Of a stretch of 64,000 bases of DNA, positions 9,127 through 18,879 are shown in pieces (within the stretch, counting starts at the first letter, position 1; every line of letters starts with the position of its first letter). The notes beneath the pieces are model-generated. The model did not search any database. It was not told the DNA's origin and saw only the letters and a program-made list of their open reading frames with translations. This stretch comes from Dehalococcoidia bacterium (GTDB taxonomy: Bacteria > Chloroflexota > Dehalococcoidia > GIF9 > AB-539-J10): NCBI GenBank assembly GCA_030615625.1, contig JAUWYX010000002.1, forward strand, positions 11,995 to 75,994, given 5' to 3'. The position numbers and the translations under genes are program-made.

Positions 9127-10341
9127 TTGACGCGCTGGGAGTTTGTCCCTTATAGTGGCGTTACGGTGGATATAAGCCTTAGAGACAACCCGCGGTATAA
9201 CTGGTTGCTTGTTCTCGGTCTGCTGGCTGCCATATACTTGCTGATAAACCTGGGACTGCCTCGTCTGCCCATCGACCCATTCGCCAAGGCTTATGTCGTC
9301 CAGCCCATACTCTGGGGACTCCTGGCCTGGGCAATTCTGGTCCTGCCCAAGTACAGGACGGCCGGCGGATTGAGGCTCAAGACTGCCATTATCCAACTGG
9401 CGTTGATGATTGGCTTTTTCCAGGTGGTGCTCTATGTCATTGGCGGGCTCTTCTCCAGCTTTGGCAGAAGCCCTAATTCTTTCACCCCGACGGGCATCCT
9501 GACCAACCTGGTCTTTGTCGGCGCAATGCTGGTGGGCATGGAACTCAGCCGCGCCTGGCTCATCAATCGCCTGGGAAAGAAACATACTTTCCTGGCGCTC
9601 GCCTTCGTGGCTGTGCTGTATACTGTGCTGGCTCTCCCCTTAGGCCGCATCACCGGTCTCAGGCCGGAGCTTGCATCCATCACTTATGTGAACTCGACTC
9701 TCCTGCCGACACTGGCCGAGAGCATGCTGGCCTCATTCCTGGCTCTGCTGGGCGGGCCGTTGGCTGCCATTGCCTACCGCGGGATACTCCAGGCGTTCTG
9801 GTGGTTCTGTCCCATCCTCCCCGACCTGGCCTGGGTGTTCAAGGGGCTTATCGGTGTGGTGGTACCCATCGTGGGGCTGGCGGTGGCAAATAGCCTTCGC
9901 GTTTCGCGACGCCGGCCCGGGCAGGCAAGACGAGAGAGGGAGGGCTCTCTGGCCGGCTGGATTGTTACCACAGTTATCGCCGTGGCCATAATCTGGTTCG
10001 CTGTCGGGTTGTTCCCGATGCAGCCGACGACAATAATCAGCGGCAGTATGAGGCCGACCCTGGACGTTGGCGATGTGGTCATCATCGCCAAGGTGTCGGC
10101 GGATACTGTCAAGCCAGGTGATATTATCCAGTTCCGGGAATCGGAAGGGGTTACCACAGTACATAGGGTGGTCGAGATTCAGGAAAGTGAAGGGATAAGA
10201 GTTTTTATAACCCAGGGGGATGCCAACAGTGAGCCAGATGCCAACCCCGTCCTCTTTGCGAATGTGGTCGGCAAAGCGGTTTTTGACATCCCCAAGATAG
10301 GCTGGGCAGCCATAGCGGTTAAGGAATTCTTTATGGGATAG
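9127..10341 (+). CDS. sipW: SipW/ER-type (S26B) signal peptidase I fused to a multi-TM N-terminal domain
   Basis: IISGSMRPTL..GD, GDIIQF, VHRVVEI (His general base), FITQGDAN..D; several hydrophobic segments N-terminal. Confidence 0.85.
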   Translation: MTRWEFVPYSGVTVDISLRDNPRYNWLLVLGLLAAIYLLINLGLPRLPIDPFAKAYVVQPILWGLLAWAILVLPKYRTAGGLRLKTAIIQLALMIGFFQVVLYVIGGLFSSFGRSPNSFTPTGILTNLVFVGAMLVGMELSRAWLINRLGKKHTFLALAFVAVLYTVLALPLGRITGLRPELASITYVNSTLLPTLAESMLASFLALLGGPLAAIAYRGILQAFWWFCPILPDLAWVFKGLIGVVVPIVGLAVANSLRVSRRRPGQARREREGSLAGWIVTTVIAVAIIWFAVGLFPMQPTTIISGSMRPTLDVGDVVIIAKVSADTVKPGDIIQFRESEGVTTVHRVVEIQESEGIRVFITQGDANSEPDANPVLFANVVGKAVFDIPKIGWAAIAVKEFFMG

Positions 10342-10405
10342 GTATGAAAGAGCAAAAGACAAATCCCAACTACAAAATCCCAATGCCCAAAACAGTTTTG
10401 AATAA

Positions 10406-10562
10406 CGTCATCGCCAGGGGCGAAACTCCGATGCAATCTTGGGGGAGGGACAATGAAATTACCAAGCATCGACGAGTCAGAACTCAGAATGACAAAAAAT
10501 GCTTCACAAGTTTAGTGCGCGGGCTTAGCCTCGTGCGGCACGACCCTGAAGGGTCGCACTAC
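10406..10562. repeat. Degenerate GTCAT...ATGAC palindrome followed by a GTAG-type REP doublet
   Basis: gtcatcgccagg...gcaatc...cagaatgac, then tagtgcgcgggcttagcctcgtgc-ggcacgaccctgaagggtcgcactac. Confidence 0.6.
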
Positions 10563-10642
10563 AGAAATCTGGCGCGGAGGCTAAAGCAGAAACGAAGATT
10601 GACACCTTGGTTTTTACTCTTTAGAATAGGGAGATAAAGCTG

Positions 10643-12247
10643 ATGAAAGTCTGGAAGGCGTTTGCCGGGTCACGAAGGCTAAGAATAACTTGCTTCGCCC
10701 TGGCTGGTGCTCTGCTGGCGGCTTCAGTGGTTGGGCTCGGGTATTCTGTGGCGGCGCCGACCGAGGAAATACCGGCGAAATACGAGCATAGGGGACAGTT
10801 CGACTACACGGTTTACCTCAAGCCCAGTATCCTTTACGGTGATTTCATACCGACCGAGGAAGAAGAAGAGGAGGAGGTCCCTATGGTTTTCTTCCGAAAT
10901 ATCATTCAAGAGGTGCAACTGTCCTTCAACTACAACTTTAATTCCAGCCAGCCGCTGGCTAATGTTACCAATAAGGTGGTGGTGTCAGTAATTGCCAAGA
11001 ACCCTGGGGTGTGGCAGAAGGAAATGACGCAGTTGGAGGAGATTCATGCGGGAACAGAGTTCAAGGTGGATTTTCCTTTATCCCTTGCCTCACTAGAACA
11101 GGTGGTGGCTGATATCGAGCAAGAGATAGGGATTAGCACTACCCAGAGAAACTTCATCATCAGAGCTGTGGTTCATACCACGGCCGAGACTGCTCTGGGC
11201 AAGACCATCGAGGACGAATTCAGCTATGAGTTTACAGCCATAACCACAGCTAAGAAATTAGAACTGAAAGGCGACCTTGAGGGTAGTGAAGAGGGTTCCA
11301 AGGAGGGAATAAGGTATGAAGGGGAAGGCCGGTTTGACTACGAGGTATATCTCAAGCCGAATCAGCTTTATGAAACAGATGTGCTCAGGTCGGAGGCACC
11401 TCCTGTGGCAGAGCCTCCGGCAGAACCTCCGGCATCTCCCCAAACCCTGGGCCCAGGGCTGTTGTACTTTCCCAGGATAATTAGCAACATCAAAGCAAGT
11501 TTTTCTTATCAGTTTCTCTGCGATAGACCGATAAGCGAGCAGTCACAAGAGGTTGAGATCACCGCCACAATAGAGAACCCAGGACAGTGGAGCAAGAGCC
11601 TTGTCGTGGTGCCCGAAACAAACAAAGCAGGCAGCTTTACTATATCCTTTCCCATAGACATACAATATTTCACAATGGTGATTGATGCCATCGGGCAGGA
11701 GATAGGTGTGCGCGGGAGTTCCCACAAAATAGTGATTAAAGCTGATGTCCGCACCGTTGCCCGCACCGATCTGGGCATGGTAAACGAGGTCTATACTCAG
11801 ACATTAAGCGGTAAGCTGGAGGCAAATACTCTCACCTTTGATAAAGAGCTATCTGGGTCTCAATCGGGTTCCATTGGTGGAGCTGCGATACCTGGGGCTT
11901 CCGGGGAAGGTGGCTCGAGGGCACCCTGGATTATTGGTCTGGTGATAGCCTTGCTGGCTCTGGGCTATTTTGGCTGGAGCCAAACCCAACTTAGATTGGC
12001 GCCGGTTAGTGCTGGTGAAGCTGAAGCTGCTCGGGCTAGAAAGAAATATAGGCAGATGATGGTGGATGTTGAGGAGTTGCCGGGGGTAAAACCAACTGAG
12101 ACAGTTATACCCCTGAATTCACTGGACGATTTGGTAAGAATCGCCGATGACCTGGTCAAGCCCGTACTCCATCAAGCGGAGGAGGGGCGGCATAGTTATT
12201 GCATTATTGATAGCGGCGTAAGATACCTGTACGTCATTGAGACCTGA
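10643..12247 (+). CDS. DUF5305-like membrane-anchored protein with an internal duplication
   Basis: N-terminal TM; two repeats (G-FDY-VYLKP...NPG-W-K...FP); TM; C-terminal SLDDLVRIADDLVKPVLH...YCIIDSGVRYLY. Confidence 0.7.
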   Translation: MKVWKAFAGSRRLRITCFALAGALLAASVVGLGYSVAAPTEEIPAKYEHRGQFDYTVYLKPSILYGDFIPTEEEEEEEVPMVFFRNIIQEVQLSFNYNFNSSQPLANVTNKVVVSVIAKNPGVWQKEMTQLEEIHAGTEFKVDFPLSLASLEQVVADIEQEIGISTTQRNFIIRAVVHTTAETALGKTIEDEFSYEFTAITTAKKLELKGDLEGSEEGSKEGIRYEGEGRFDYEVYLKPNQLYETDVLRSEAPPVAEPPAEPPASPQTLGPGLLYFPRIISNIKASFSYQFLCDRPISEQSQEVEITATIENPGQWSKSLVVVPETNKAGSFTISFPIDIQYFTMVIDAIGQEIGVRGSSHKIVIKADVRTVARTDLGMVNEVYTQTLSGKLEANTLTFDKELSGSQSGSIGGAAIPGASGEGGSRAPWIIGLVIALLALGYFGWSQTQLRLAPVSAGEAEAARARKKYRQMMVDVEELPGVKPTETVIPLNSLDDLVRIADDLVKPVLHQAEEGRHSYCIIDSGVRYLYVIET

Positions 12248-12326
12248 AAATAGTGCTAACCCGCGATGTAGACTAGAAGCTACATTGCCCAGTGTATAGC
12301 GACCAAGCAACGCCCAAGGTAACCAT

Positions 12327-12365
12327 GAGATTGCTTCGTCTCGATAAATCGGGACTCGCAAAGAC
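12327..12365. repeat. REP-like palindromic element arm
   Basis: gagattgcttcgtctcgataaatcgggactcgcaaagac is 37/39 identical to the reverse complement of 16792-16830. Confidence 0.8.
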
Positions 12366-12410
12366 AGAGGGGAATTACCAACTCTATGCAGAGTCAGCTT
12401 TCAGGCAGGT

Positions 12411-12540
12411 TCAGGCACAATTAGAGCTTAGTATCTCTTCCAGCACCTCTGTCCATCTGTCCCCGAGGAGCCTAGTGTCTAACTTGATTTGCGTGGCGCC
12501 TATTTTAACTGCACCATCAATAGGGTTGTCAGTGGTCAAC
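12411..12540 (-). pseudogene. mfd: Displaced second copy of the mfd 3' end
   Basis: 12419-12528 matches 13709-13818 with about 12 mismatches in 110 bp; translates NPIDGAVKIGATQIKLDTRLLGDRWTEVLEEILSSNCA*. Confidence 0.9.
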
Positions 12541-12673
12541 GGAAACTGGGAGAGATGGCACGCTTACGCTTGCTTCGGCTGCCGAATGGTTGTCGAGCCC
12601 CCGCTCCTATGGCAGCCCCATCAGTGATGAGTTTCAGGATTTCTTGCCCGGCTTTCTGCCACTCCTCAACAGT

Positions 12674-13615
12674 TCATTCAACTACAATGTAGCGGTCCTC
12701 CCCTGTCCCCAAGCCATGCCTCAAAGCTGTCCTGACCTGGGGTAACTGCCAGGGGTCCGCCACGAGCTTGTTATTGGCCTCATAAGCCAAGAGCACTTTA
12801 ATCGCTTCGACATCAATAGCCACAAGGTCCCCGGAAGCAAGCACCACTTCAGGCTCCGCCAACTGGCCCTTGGCAGGACCACCTGAAACGAAGGCCTTTC
12901 TGCCATCCATGATTATGAGATTTGGTTGCCAGCACAGGCTGATTTCCGCAATCTTTTGCTCCAAGTGGCGAGCGTGAAGAGCACGCCGTTCGCCAGGGTG
13001 CACAAAGCCTACCGCAAGCTTCAGCGCCCCCGAAAATCGTGCCAAAATATGGGTTTTCAGGCAGGGCAGGTATACTATCTTGTCAGCTTCATAGGCTGAG
13101 CGTGGCATGGAAACAGAGCTCAGATAGTCCCCATTAACCTTGACCCTTACCCAATCATCAGGTTTATCATCGAAAGCAATGAGCTCCACCCCCAGATCAC
13201 GCGCTAACTCAAAAATACCCAGTTTCCTGAACACTTTGCTGGTGGGTCTCCATATCCCACCGGAGCTTTCGCCTATTGTAACTTTTGCTCCCGCTTCCAG
13301 GAGGAGTTCGACTACGGCGCGCAGAAACACCAGGTCGGTAGAGCCAGGATACGGGTCCTGGCTGTTAAAATTTGGCTTAAGCAGAACCCTGTCGCCCTTG
13401 TCTATAACCGGCTCCAGGGAACCCAGCAGTGCGATGGCCCTATCAATAGCAGCCTTGATGTCTCCACCTGCCTTCACCTTAGCCACCAGAGCCTGGCCAT
13501 TTCTGAGCCAGGGGTTGGCAGGGCGAGGCCTGGGGTCAACAAGCGGAATATCCCTGGGCGCCCTATCAGTGAGGAAGTGATAAACCCCGGCAATCTTATC
13601 TCCAAAATCCGTCAT
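12674..13615 (-). CDS. DUF362 domain protein
   Basis: GDRVLLKPN, VTIGESS, PCLKTH, GALK, DLVAID motifs; RBS ggagg before MTDFG at 13615. Confidence 0.8.
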   Translation of the reverse strand: MTDFGDKIAGVYHFLTDRAPRDIPLVDPRPRPANPWLRNGQALVAKVKAGGDIKAAIDRAIALLGSLEPVIDKGDRVLLKPNFNSQDPYPGSTDLVFLRAVVELLLEAGAKVTIGESSGGIWRPTSKVFRKLGIFELARDLGVELIAFDDKPDDWVRVKVNGDYLSSVSMPRSAYEADKIVYLPCLKTHILARFSGALKLAVGFVHPGERRALHARHLEQKIAEISLCWQPNLIIMDGRKAFVSGGPAKGQLAEPEVVLASGDLVAIDVEAIKVLLAYEANNKLVADPWQLPQVRTALRHGLGTGEDRYIVVE

Positions 13616-13706
13616 TTGTGTTCCTCCTTGCGAACGGCAACTCTTAAGTCCTGCCATGCTCGTAACAAGTTTTTGGTTTTCAAATATTTGTGCATTTCAG
13701 CAACCT

Positions 13707-16700
13707 CTAATTAGACCTCAGTATCTCCACCAGCACCTCTGACCATCTGTCCCCCAGGAGCCTGGTGTCTAACTTGATCTGCGTGGCACCTATTTTAACT
13801 GCGCCATCAACAGGGCTGGTAACTATCAGCCGGCGGCCATCGGTTTGGGGCTTTATCACAATTTGCCTTCCCTGTGTGGAAATAGAGCTTACCTCGGCCC
13901 ACGTAGCCAGAACCTTGATTTTCACCACGTAAAGAAGATTTTCCACAGGCTTAGGCAAAGGACCAAATCTATCTTTGAATTCTCGAGCCATGTCCTCTAC
14001 TTCCTCGATATGCTCCACCCTGGCCAGTCTGTGGTAAAGGCTTAATCGAGTATTTAGATTGGAAACATACTCTTCCGGTATGTGGGCGGCTAAAGGCAGG
14101 GATATGCTGGGCAATTCCTTCGCTTCGCTCGTAATGACACTCTTCCTCACTTCGCCAGCTTGCTTTGCTTTCAACTCCTCCACTGCCTCAGCCAGTAACT
14201 GGCAATAAAGGTCAAAGCCCAGGGCGGCGATATGCCCGCTTTGCTTGACCCCTAAAAGATTGCCCGCTCCCCGAATTTCCAGGTCCTTCATAGCAATACC
14301 AAATCCCGAACCCAGTTCGGTAGCCTCGAAGATAGTCCTGAGCCTCTTATAAGCCTGGGGGGTTAGCTGCCTCCCCTCGTCAAAGAAGAAATAAGCATAA
14401 GCCTGGTTGATACCGCGGCCCACCCTGCCCCTCAACTGATAAAGCTGAGCCAGGCCGAACCTGTCAGCCCGGTCAATAATCAGCGTATTAACATTAGGCA
14501 TATCCAGACCTAATTGGATAATAGTGGTGGTCACCAGAATATCATACTTGCCAGCGATAAAATCCGTCATGACTTTTTCCAATTGCTCTTCAGGCATTCG
14601 CCCATGAGCTATAGCTATTCGAGCTTCGGGCACTAAATCCTGTAATTTGCTGGCAGCTAAAGCAATGCTCTGAACGCGGTTATGGACAAGGAAGACTTGA
14701 CCATTCCTCTCCAGTTCACGCAATACCACCTGCCTGACCAGAGTGCCATCGTAAACCCCGACATAGGTCTGGACAGACAGGCGTTCTTCAGGAGGCGTTT
14801 CCACAATGCTCATATCCCTGATTCCGGTTAAAGACATGTGAAGGGTGCGCGGGATGGGAGTAGCGCTAAGAGCCAGGGTATCCACTTCCTTCCTTATCTG
14901 CTTGAGTTTCTCCTTCTGCACCACGCCAAACTGTTGTTCTTCATCGATTATTACCACTCCCAGGTCTTTGAATTTGATGTCTTTTTGCAACAGGCGATGA
15001 GTGCCGATACATATATCCACAGTGCCATTGGCTAAGCCTTCAAGGACTTCCCTTTCTTTTTCCGGGGGACAGAAGCGGCTCAGCATTTCTACTCTTAAAG
15101 GAAAGGTTTGCAACCTCTCGGTAAAGGTAATGAAATGCTGTTGAGCCAGCACGGTGGTCGGGACCAGAATAGCTACTTGTTTGTTATCCATAACCGCCTT
15201 AAAAGCAGCACGCAATGCTATTTCGGTTTTGCCATAGCCCACGTCGCCACAGATAAGCCGGTCCATGGGCTTGGCTTTCTCCATGTCCTCTTTAACCGTC
15301 ATGATTGCCTCAATCTGGTCCGGCGTTTCCATATAAGGAAATGATGCCTCTAGCTCCTGTTGCCATAGTGAATCTTCACAGAAGGCGAAGCCGGGAGCTA
15401 CCTCCCGAGCAGCATAAAGGTCAAGTAGTTCCTGAGCAATTTCCGCCACCGATTCTTTAACCCTTTTCTTGGTCCTTTGCCATTCCGGGGTTCTCAAACG
15501 GCTCAAGTGTGGTGCCTGGTCGCCAGCACCGATATAGCGGCTGACGCGGCCTATCCGTTCAGTAGGCACATAGAGCCTGTCACCAGCGGCATACTCTAAA
15601 ACAAGGTATTCTCTCTCTACTCCATCGGAGGACATCCTGGCCAGACCGTGGAACTTGGCGATGCCATGGTCAACGTGGACGACATAATCGCCGGGGGCTA
15701 ACTGAGGAAGAAACCATTGGTGAGGTATTGGCCTCTTCTTGCCCGCTCGCGGCTGCTTCACAAAGCCAAAGAGCTCGGCATCAGTGATAAGGGTCAGCCT
15801 GTCATCCATTACCCAGCCTCCGTCCAGCGAGCCCTGGAGTACGGTGATTGAACCGGGCGGAGGTATCTGTACTATCTCTGATGCCGGCGAAGTATGAATG
15901 TCCTCTTTCTGGAGAAGTTCAGCCAACCGATTTGCTTGATGGCTAATTACGACCACGCGCTGTCTTTGTTCCACCATTTGCTTGGCTGTTTTGAGGAACC
16001 TTTCCAACTGACTGCCATAACTCTGAGCTCTGATGAAGGGCAAAGCCTGTCCATAACTCTGGGCGGCATCCCATGTTGCCAGCGCCAAAAAAAGAGCACC
16101 TTTCCTTCCTCTATCCCCTTCTTTCATCTGAGACTCTAATTCCTCCCAGGTGAGGTAAGGAGAGGGAAAGTCCTCAGGCAACTCGCCTCTTTCCATCTTT
16201 GTGGCTCTTAATTCTTGAGTTTCTTCGTTTAGCCTGGTGACGACAAGTTCAATTCCTTCAGGGTCATCGAGAACGAGCAAGGCCTCACCGCCAAGGTAGT
16301 CAAGGACGCTTCCAGCCACCACCTCAGAGCTATCAGCCATTGGCATAAATTCTCTAGCCGGGGTGACAATCAACGAGGATACGGGGCTGGCTGAGCGTTG
16401 GCTTTCCGGGTCGAAGCATCTCATGCTCTCTATCTGGTCGCCGAAGAACTCTATGCGAACTGGCAACTGGCTGCAAGGGGGAAAGACATCAATAATGCCA
16501 CCCCGTTTGCTTATCTGCCCGGGCAACTCGACAACGTCCTCCATTTCGTAGCCCATGCTTTGCCATCGGCGCAGTAGCTCCAGTGGCTCAGCAGCCACGC
16601 CTGGCTCCAAAATATGACAGGCAGCCACAAAATCCCTTTGCGGGATGGTTTTACTCATGATTGCCAGGGCCGAGGTTACTACCAAGGGAGGTTTTGTCAC

Positions 16701-17201
16701 CCTTTCTTTTCCATCATTGCAAGACTCACCTCCCCCTCCGTCATTGCGAGGCACGCCTTCTTTTTCGTCATTGAAAGCCACCGTTTCCCCTGTCATTGCG
16801 AGTCCCGATTTATCGGGACGAAGCAATCTCGGTGGGGCATGGAGGGGCTGGTAAAGGGCCAAGGTGGCTAATGCCCTCAACCTCTCCAGCATCTGATAGC
16901 TGATAGCTGAGAGCTGAGAGCTATCATAAGGCAGGAAGTCGAGCTCAGGGAGACGATGCAACTCGGCCGAAGGGGAACACCAGGCTCGAAGCTGCTCATG
17001 AAGCTTTCGGGCAGTCTCAGGCTGACCAGTCACCACCATGAGGGGCAAATCGAGCTCTTCGTAAAGAGCGGCAATCAAATAGGGCTTGGCAGCATCGAGT
17101 ATGATTGCCTTATGCTCACCTTTGGCTGTGGACAGCTCCCCCACCAGTTGCCTGTAGGCAGGCATTTCTTTGAGCAAAGAAAGCAAACAAGAGAGATTCA
17201 T
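13707..17201 (-). CDS. mfd: Transcription-repair coupling factor
   Basis: GDYVVHVDHGI, MDRLICGDVGYGKTE, DEEQ, LSATPIPRTL, QLRGRVGR, DLEIRGAGNLLG; carries repeat-derived in-frame insertions. Confidence 0.97.
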   Translation of the reverse strand: MNLSCLLSLLKEMPAYRQLVGELSTAKGEHKAIILDAAKPYLIAALYEELDLPLMVVTGQPETARKLHEQLRAWCSPSAELHRLPELDFLPYDSSQLSAISYQMLERLRALATLALYQPLHAPPRLLRPDKSGLAMTGETVAFNDEKEGVPRNDGGGGESCNDGKERVTKPPLVVTSALAIMSKTIPQRDFVAACHILEPGVAAEPLELLRRWQSMGYEMEDVVELPGQISKRGGIIDVFPPCSQLPVRIEFFGDQIESMRCFDPESQRSASPVSSLIVTPAREFMPMADSSEVVAGSVLDYLGGEALLVLDDPEGIELVVTRLNEETQELRATKMERGELPEDFPSPYLTWEELESQMKEGDRGRKGALFLALATWDAAQSYGQALPFIRAQSYGSQLERFLKTAKQMVEQRQRVVVISHQANRLAELLQKEDIHTSPASEIVQIPPPGSITVLQGSLDGGWVMDDRLTLITDAELFGFVKQPRAGKKRPIPHQWFLPQLAPGDYVVHVDHGIAKFHGLARMSSDGVEREYLVLEYAAGDRLYVPTERIGRVSRYIGAGDQAPHLSRLRTPEWQRTKKRVKESVAEIAQELLDLYAAREVAPGFAFCEDSLWQQELEASFPYMETPDQIEAIMTVKEDMEKAKPMDRLICGDVGYGKTEIALRAAFKAVMDNKQVAILVPTTVLAQQHFITFTERLQTFPLRVEMLSRFCPPEKEREVLEGLANGTVDICIGTHRLLQKDIKFKDLGVVIIDEEQQFGVVQKEKLKQIRKEVDTLALSATPIPRTLHMSLTGIRDMSIVETPPEERLSVQTYVGVYDGTLVRQVVLRELERNGQVFLVHNRVQSIALAASKLQDLVPEARIAIAHGRMPEEQLEKVMTDFIAGKYDILVTTTIIQLGLDMPNVNTLIIDRADRFGLAQLYQLRGRVGRGINQAYAYFFFDEGRQLTPQAYKRLRTIFEATELGSGFGIAMKDLEIRGAGNLLGVKQSGHIAALGFDLYCQLLAEAVEELKAKQAGEVRKSVITSEAKELPSISLPLAAHIPEEYVSNLNTRLSLYHRLARVEHIEEVEDMAREFKDRFGPLPKPVENLLYVVKIKVLATWAEVSSISTQGRQIVIKPQTDGRRLIVTSPVDGAVKIGATQIKLDTRLLGDRWSEVLVEILRSN
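16712..16832. repeat. REP-like element and tandem remnants inside the mfd CDS
   Basis: gtcattgcgagtcccgatttatcgggacgaagcaatctc at 16792-16830; tcattg recurs at 16714, 16741 and 16768. Confidence 0.8.
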
Positions 17202-17233
17202 ACGAAAATACCAATGTCCTCGTTAAGTTAATC

Positions 17234-17533
17234 CTATAACTTCTTCTTGAGCGAATCCACCTTCTCCTTCATGCCCTGGGCCTTGTCTCGCCGGTCGTCA
17301 ATTTTAATCGTAGTCAACACCCTGGCCACCCCTTCCCCAAAAGTCCCTTCGTGCATCTTCTTTACCACTGCTAAAATCCTGTCCAAGTCACCTTCTATAA
17401 TCGTCCCCATTGCGGTCATCTCGTACCTTATGTCCTTTTCCTGCTCCAGGACCTTGACCGCCCGTGCCACGTATTGGCTGAGTGAAGAAGTCTTTGTTCC
17501 TAACGGGACAACGCTTACCTCGGCTATTGCCAT
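17234..17533 (-). CDS. MTH1187/YkoF-family thiamine-binding protein
   Basis: AEVSVVPLGT, TAMGTIIEGD, RVLTTIKIDDRRD. Confidence 0.9.
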   Translation of the reverse strand: MAIAEVSVVPLGTKTSSLSQYVARAVKVLEQEKDIRYEMTAMGTIIEGDLDRILAVVKKMHEGTFGEGVARVLTTIKIDDRRDKAQGMKEKVDSLKKKL

Positions 17534-17598
17534 TCTATCACCTCCTTACACATCCAGATTTTTTGTATTTGCCTGATTTATCAGGCCCTCCGCTTTTT

Positions 17599-17685
17599 GT
17601 CATTGCGAGCCCCGACTTGTCGGGGCGTGGCAATCTCATTGCCTTCCCACCCAGATTGCTTCGTCACTTCGCTCCTCGCAATGAC
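17599..17685. repeat. Complete 87-bp GTCATTGCGAG...CTCGCAATGAC palindromic doublet
   Basis: Perfect 11-bp terminal inverted repeat plus an internal gcaatct/agattgc pair. Confidence 0.85.
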
Positions 17686-17833
17686 AAAGGGGAAGCCCAA
17701 CGAATTGGGCAACTACATTTTTAGACTGCCAATATATTATGTCAACTAAACAGGGGTTCTTTCGCCCCCACTCATCGGAGAACCTCTGTGTTTAGTTCTA
17801 TTTTACCAGCAATGATAAAATAACTAGAAATAT

Positions 17834-18598
17834 ATGAAGGAATTAATTGAAAGCCTGGCCAGAAAGGCTGGCGATACCCTGATGAAGTATTTTCGCCAGG
17901 ACTGGGCTTTGCTTAAAGAGCGAAGCACGGCTAAGGAAGCAGCCACCAAATATGATAAAGAGGTGGACAGGTTAATTGTTGAAGAGATTAAGAGACGTTA
18001 TCCTCACCACAGCCTGCTCACTGAGGAAAGCGGCTTTCTCCAGGATGACCCCGATTGGCTTTGGATTGTAGATTCTTTGGATGGCACAGGCGATTTTGCC
18101 AATTTCAACCCTTTCTTTTCCGTGTGCATAGCTTTAATGCATAAAAATGAGCTTGTTTTAGGGGCAATCTGCGCCCCGGCGATTGATGAGTTTTACTTTG
18201 CTGAAAAGGGCAAGGGTGCTTACTTAAACGGGGTAAAGATTCAAGTATCCGATGTATCAGACCTCAGCCAGAGCTACATTTTCTACTGTGAAGGTGGAGA
18301 GAAAAACCGGGGAAGAACAGGCGAGCTCCTGTATAAGGTTTACCCCCGGGTTATGGACATACGCAAGCTAGGTTCGGCTGGGCTGGAAACAGCCTGGGTT
18401 GCCGCCGGCAAAGGAGAGGCTTACTTCTCCACCAGGATTGAGCCCTGGGATGTTGCCCCCGGTGTCTTATTAGTGCAAGAAGCTGGTGGAAAGGTTAGCG
18501 ACTTTCAGGGCAATTCCTGGAAGCCCCAAACAAGCGACCTTTTATTCTCTAACAAAAAGCTTCACGAGAAGATATTGAGCTTGATTTCTTCCCAGTGA
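17834..18598 (+). CDS. Inositol monophosphatase family protein
   Basis: EES, WIVDSLDGT.DF, RKLGSA, PWDVAPG motifs. Confidence 0.9.
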   Translation: MKELIESLARKAGDTLMKYFRQDWALLKERSTAKEAATKYDKEVDRLIVEEIKRRYPHHSLLTEESGFLQDDPDWLWIVDSLDGTGDFANFNPFFSVCIALMHKNELVLGAICAPAIDEFYFAEKGKGAYLNGVKIQVSDVSDLSQSYIFYCEGGEKNRGRTGELLYKVYPRVMDIRKLGSAGLETAWVAAGKGEAYFSTRIEPWDVAPGVLLVQEAGGKVSDFQGNSWKPQTSDLLFSNKKLHEKILSLISSQ

Positions 18599-18613
18599 TA
18601 TAAAGGAGGATGA

Positions 18614-18829
18614 ATGAGCGAGGCGAGAGTTTTCACCGTTGCCCGGTCCCGGGAAAAGGGCTATGCTAAGCTGGCATTCAAACCCGGAATCACGCCTGAC
18701 GAGCTTGAGCCAGAGGGGGCAAGGTTTGGACAGTGGCTATTGGAGAATGGCTCGACTTCGTTCCTCAAAGGTCTGCACCACTTATTCGACGAAGCCGAGA
18801 TAACCAAAAAGATAGGCCTGGGCTATTAA
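18614..18829 (+). CDS. Small hypothetical protein
   Basis: Strong RBS aaaggagg; sits in apparent operon context. Confidence 0.55.
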   Translation: MSEARVFTVARSREKGYAKLAFKPGITPDELEPEGARFGQWLLENGSTSFLKGLHHLFDEAEITKKIGLGY

Positions 18830-18879
18830 GGAAAGGAAGGTTACAGGTAATCCTGGTTAGAAGCCTTCTTGAATCTGCT

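Noticed and set aside
10344..10637. 97-aa ORF in the sipW cluster
   Set aside because: It is a translation of repeat tracts and REP elements; the same applies to ORFs 12292..12627 and 17482..17724.
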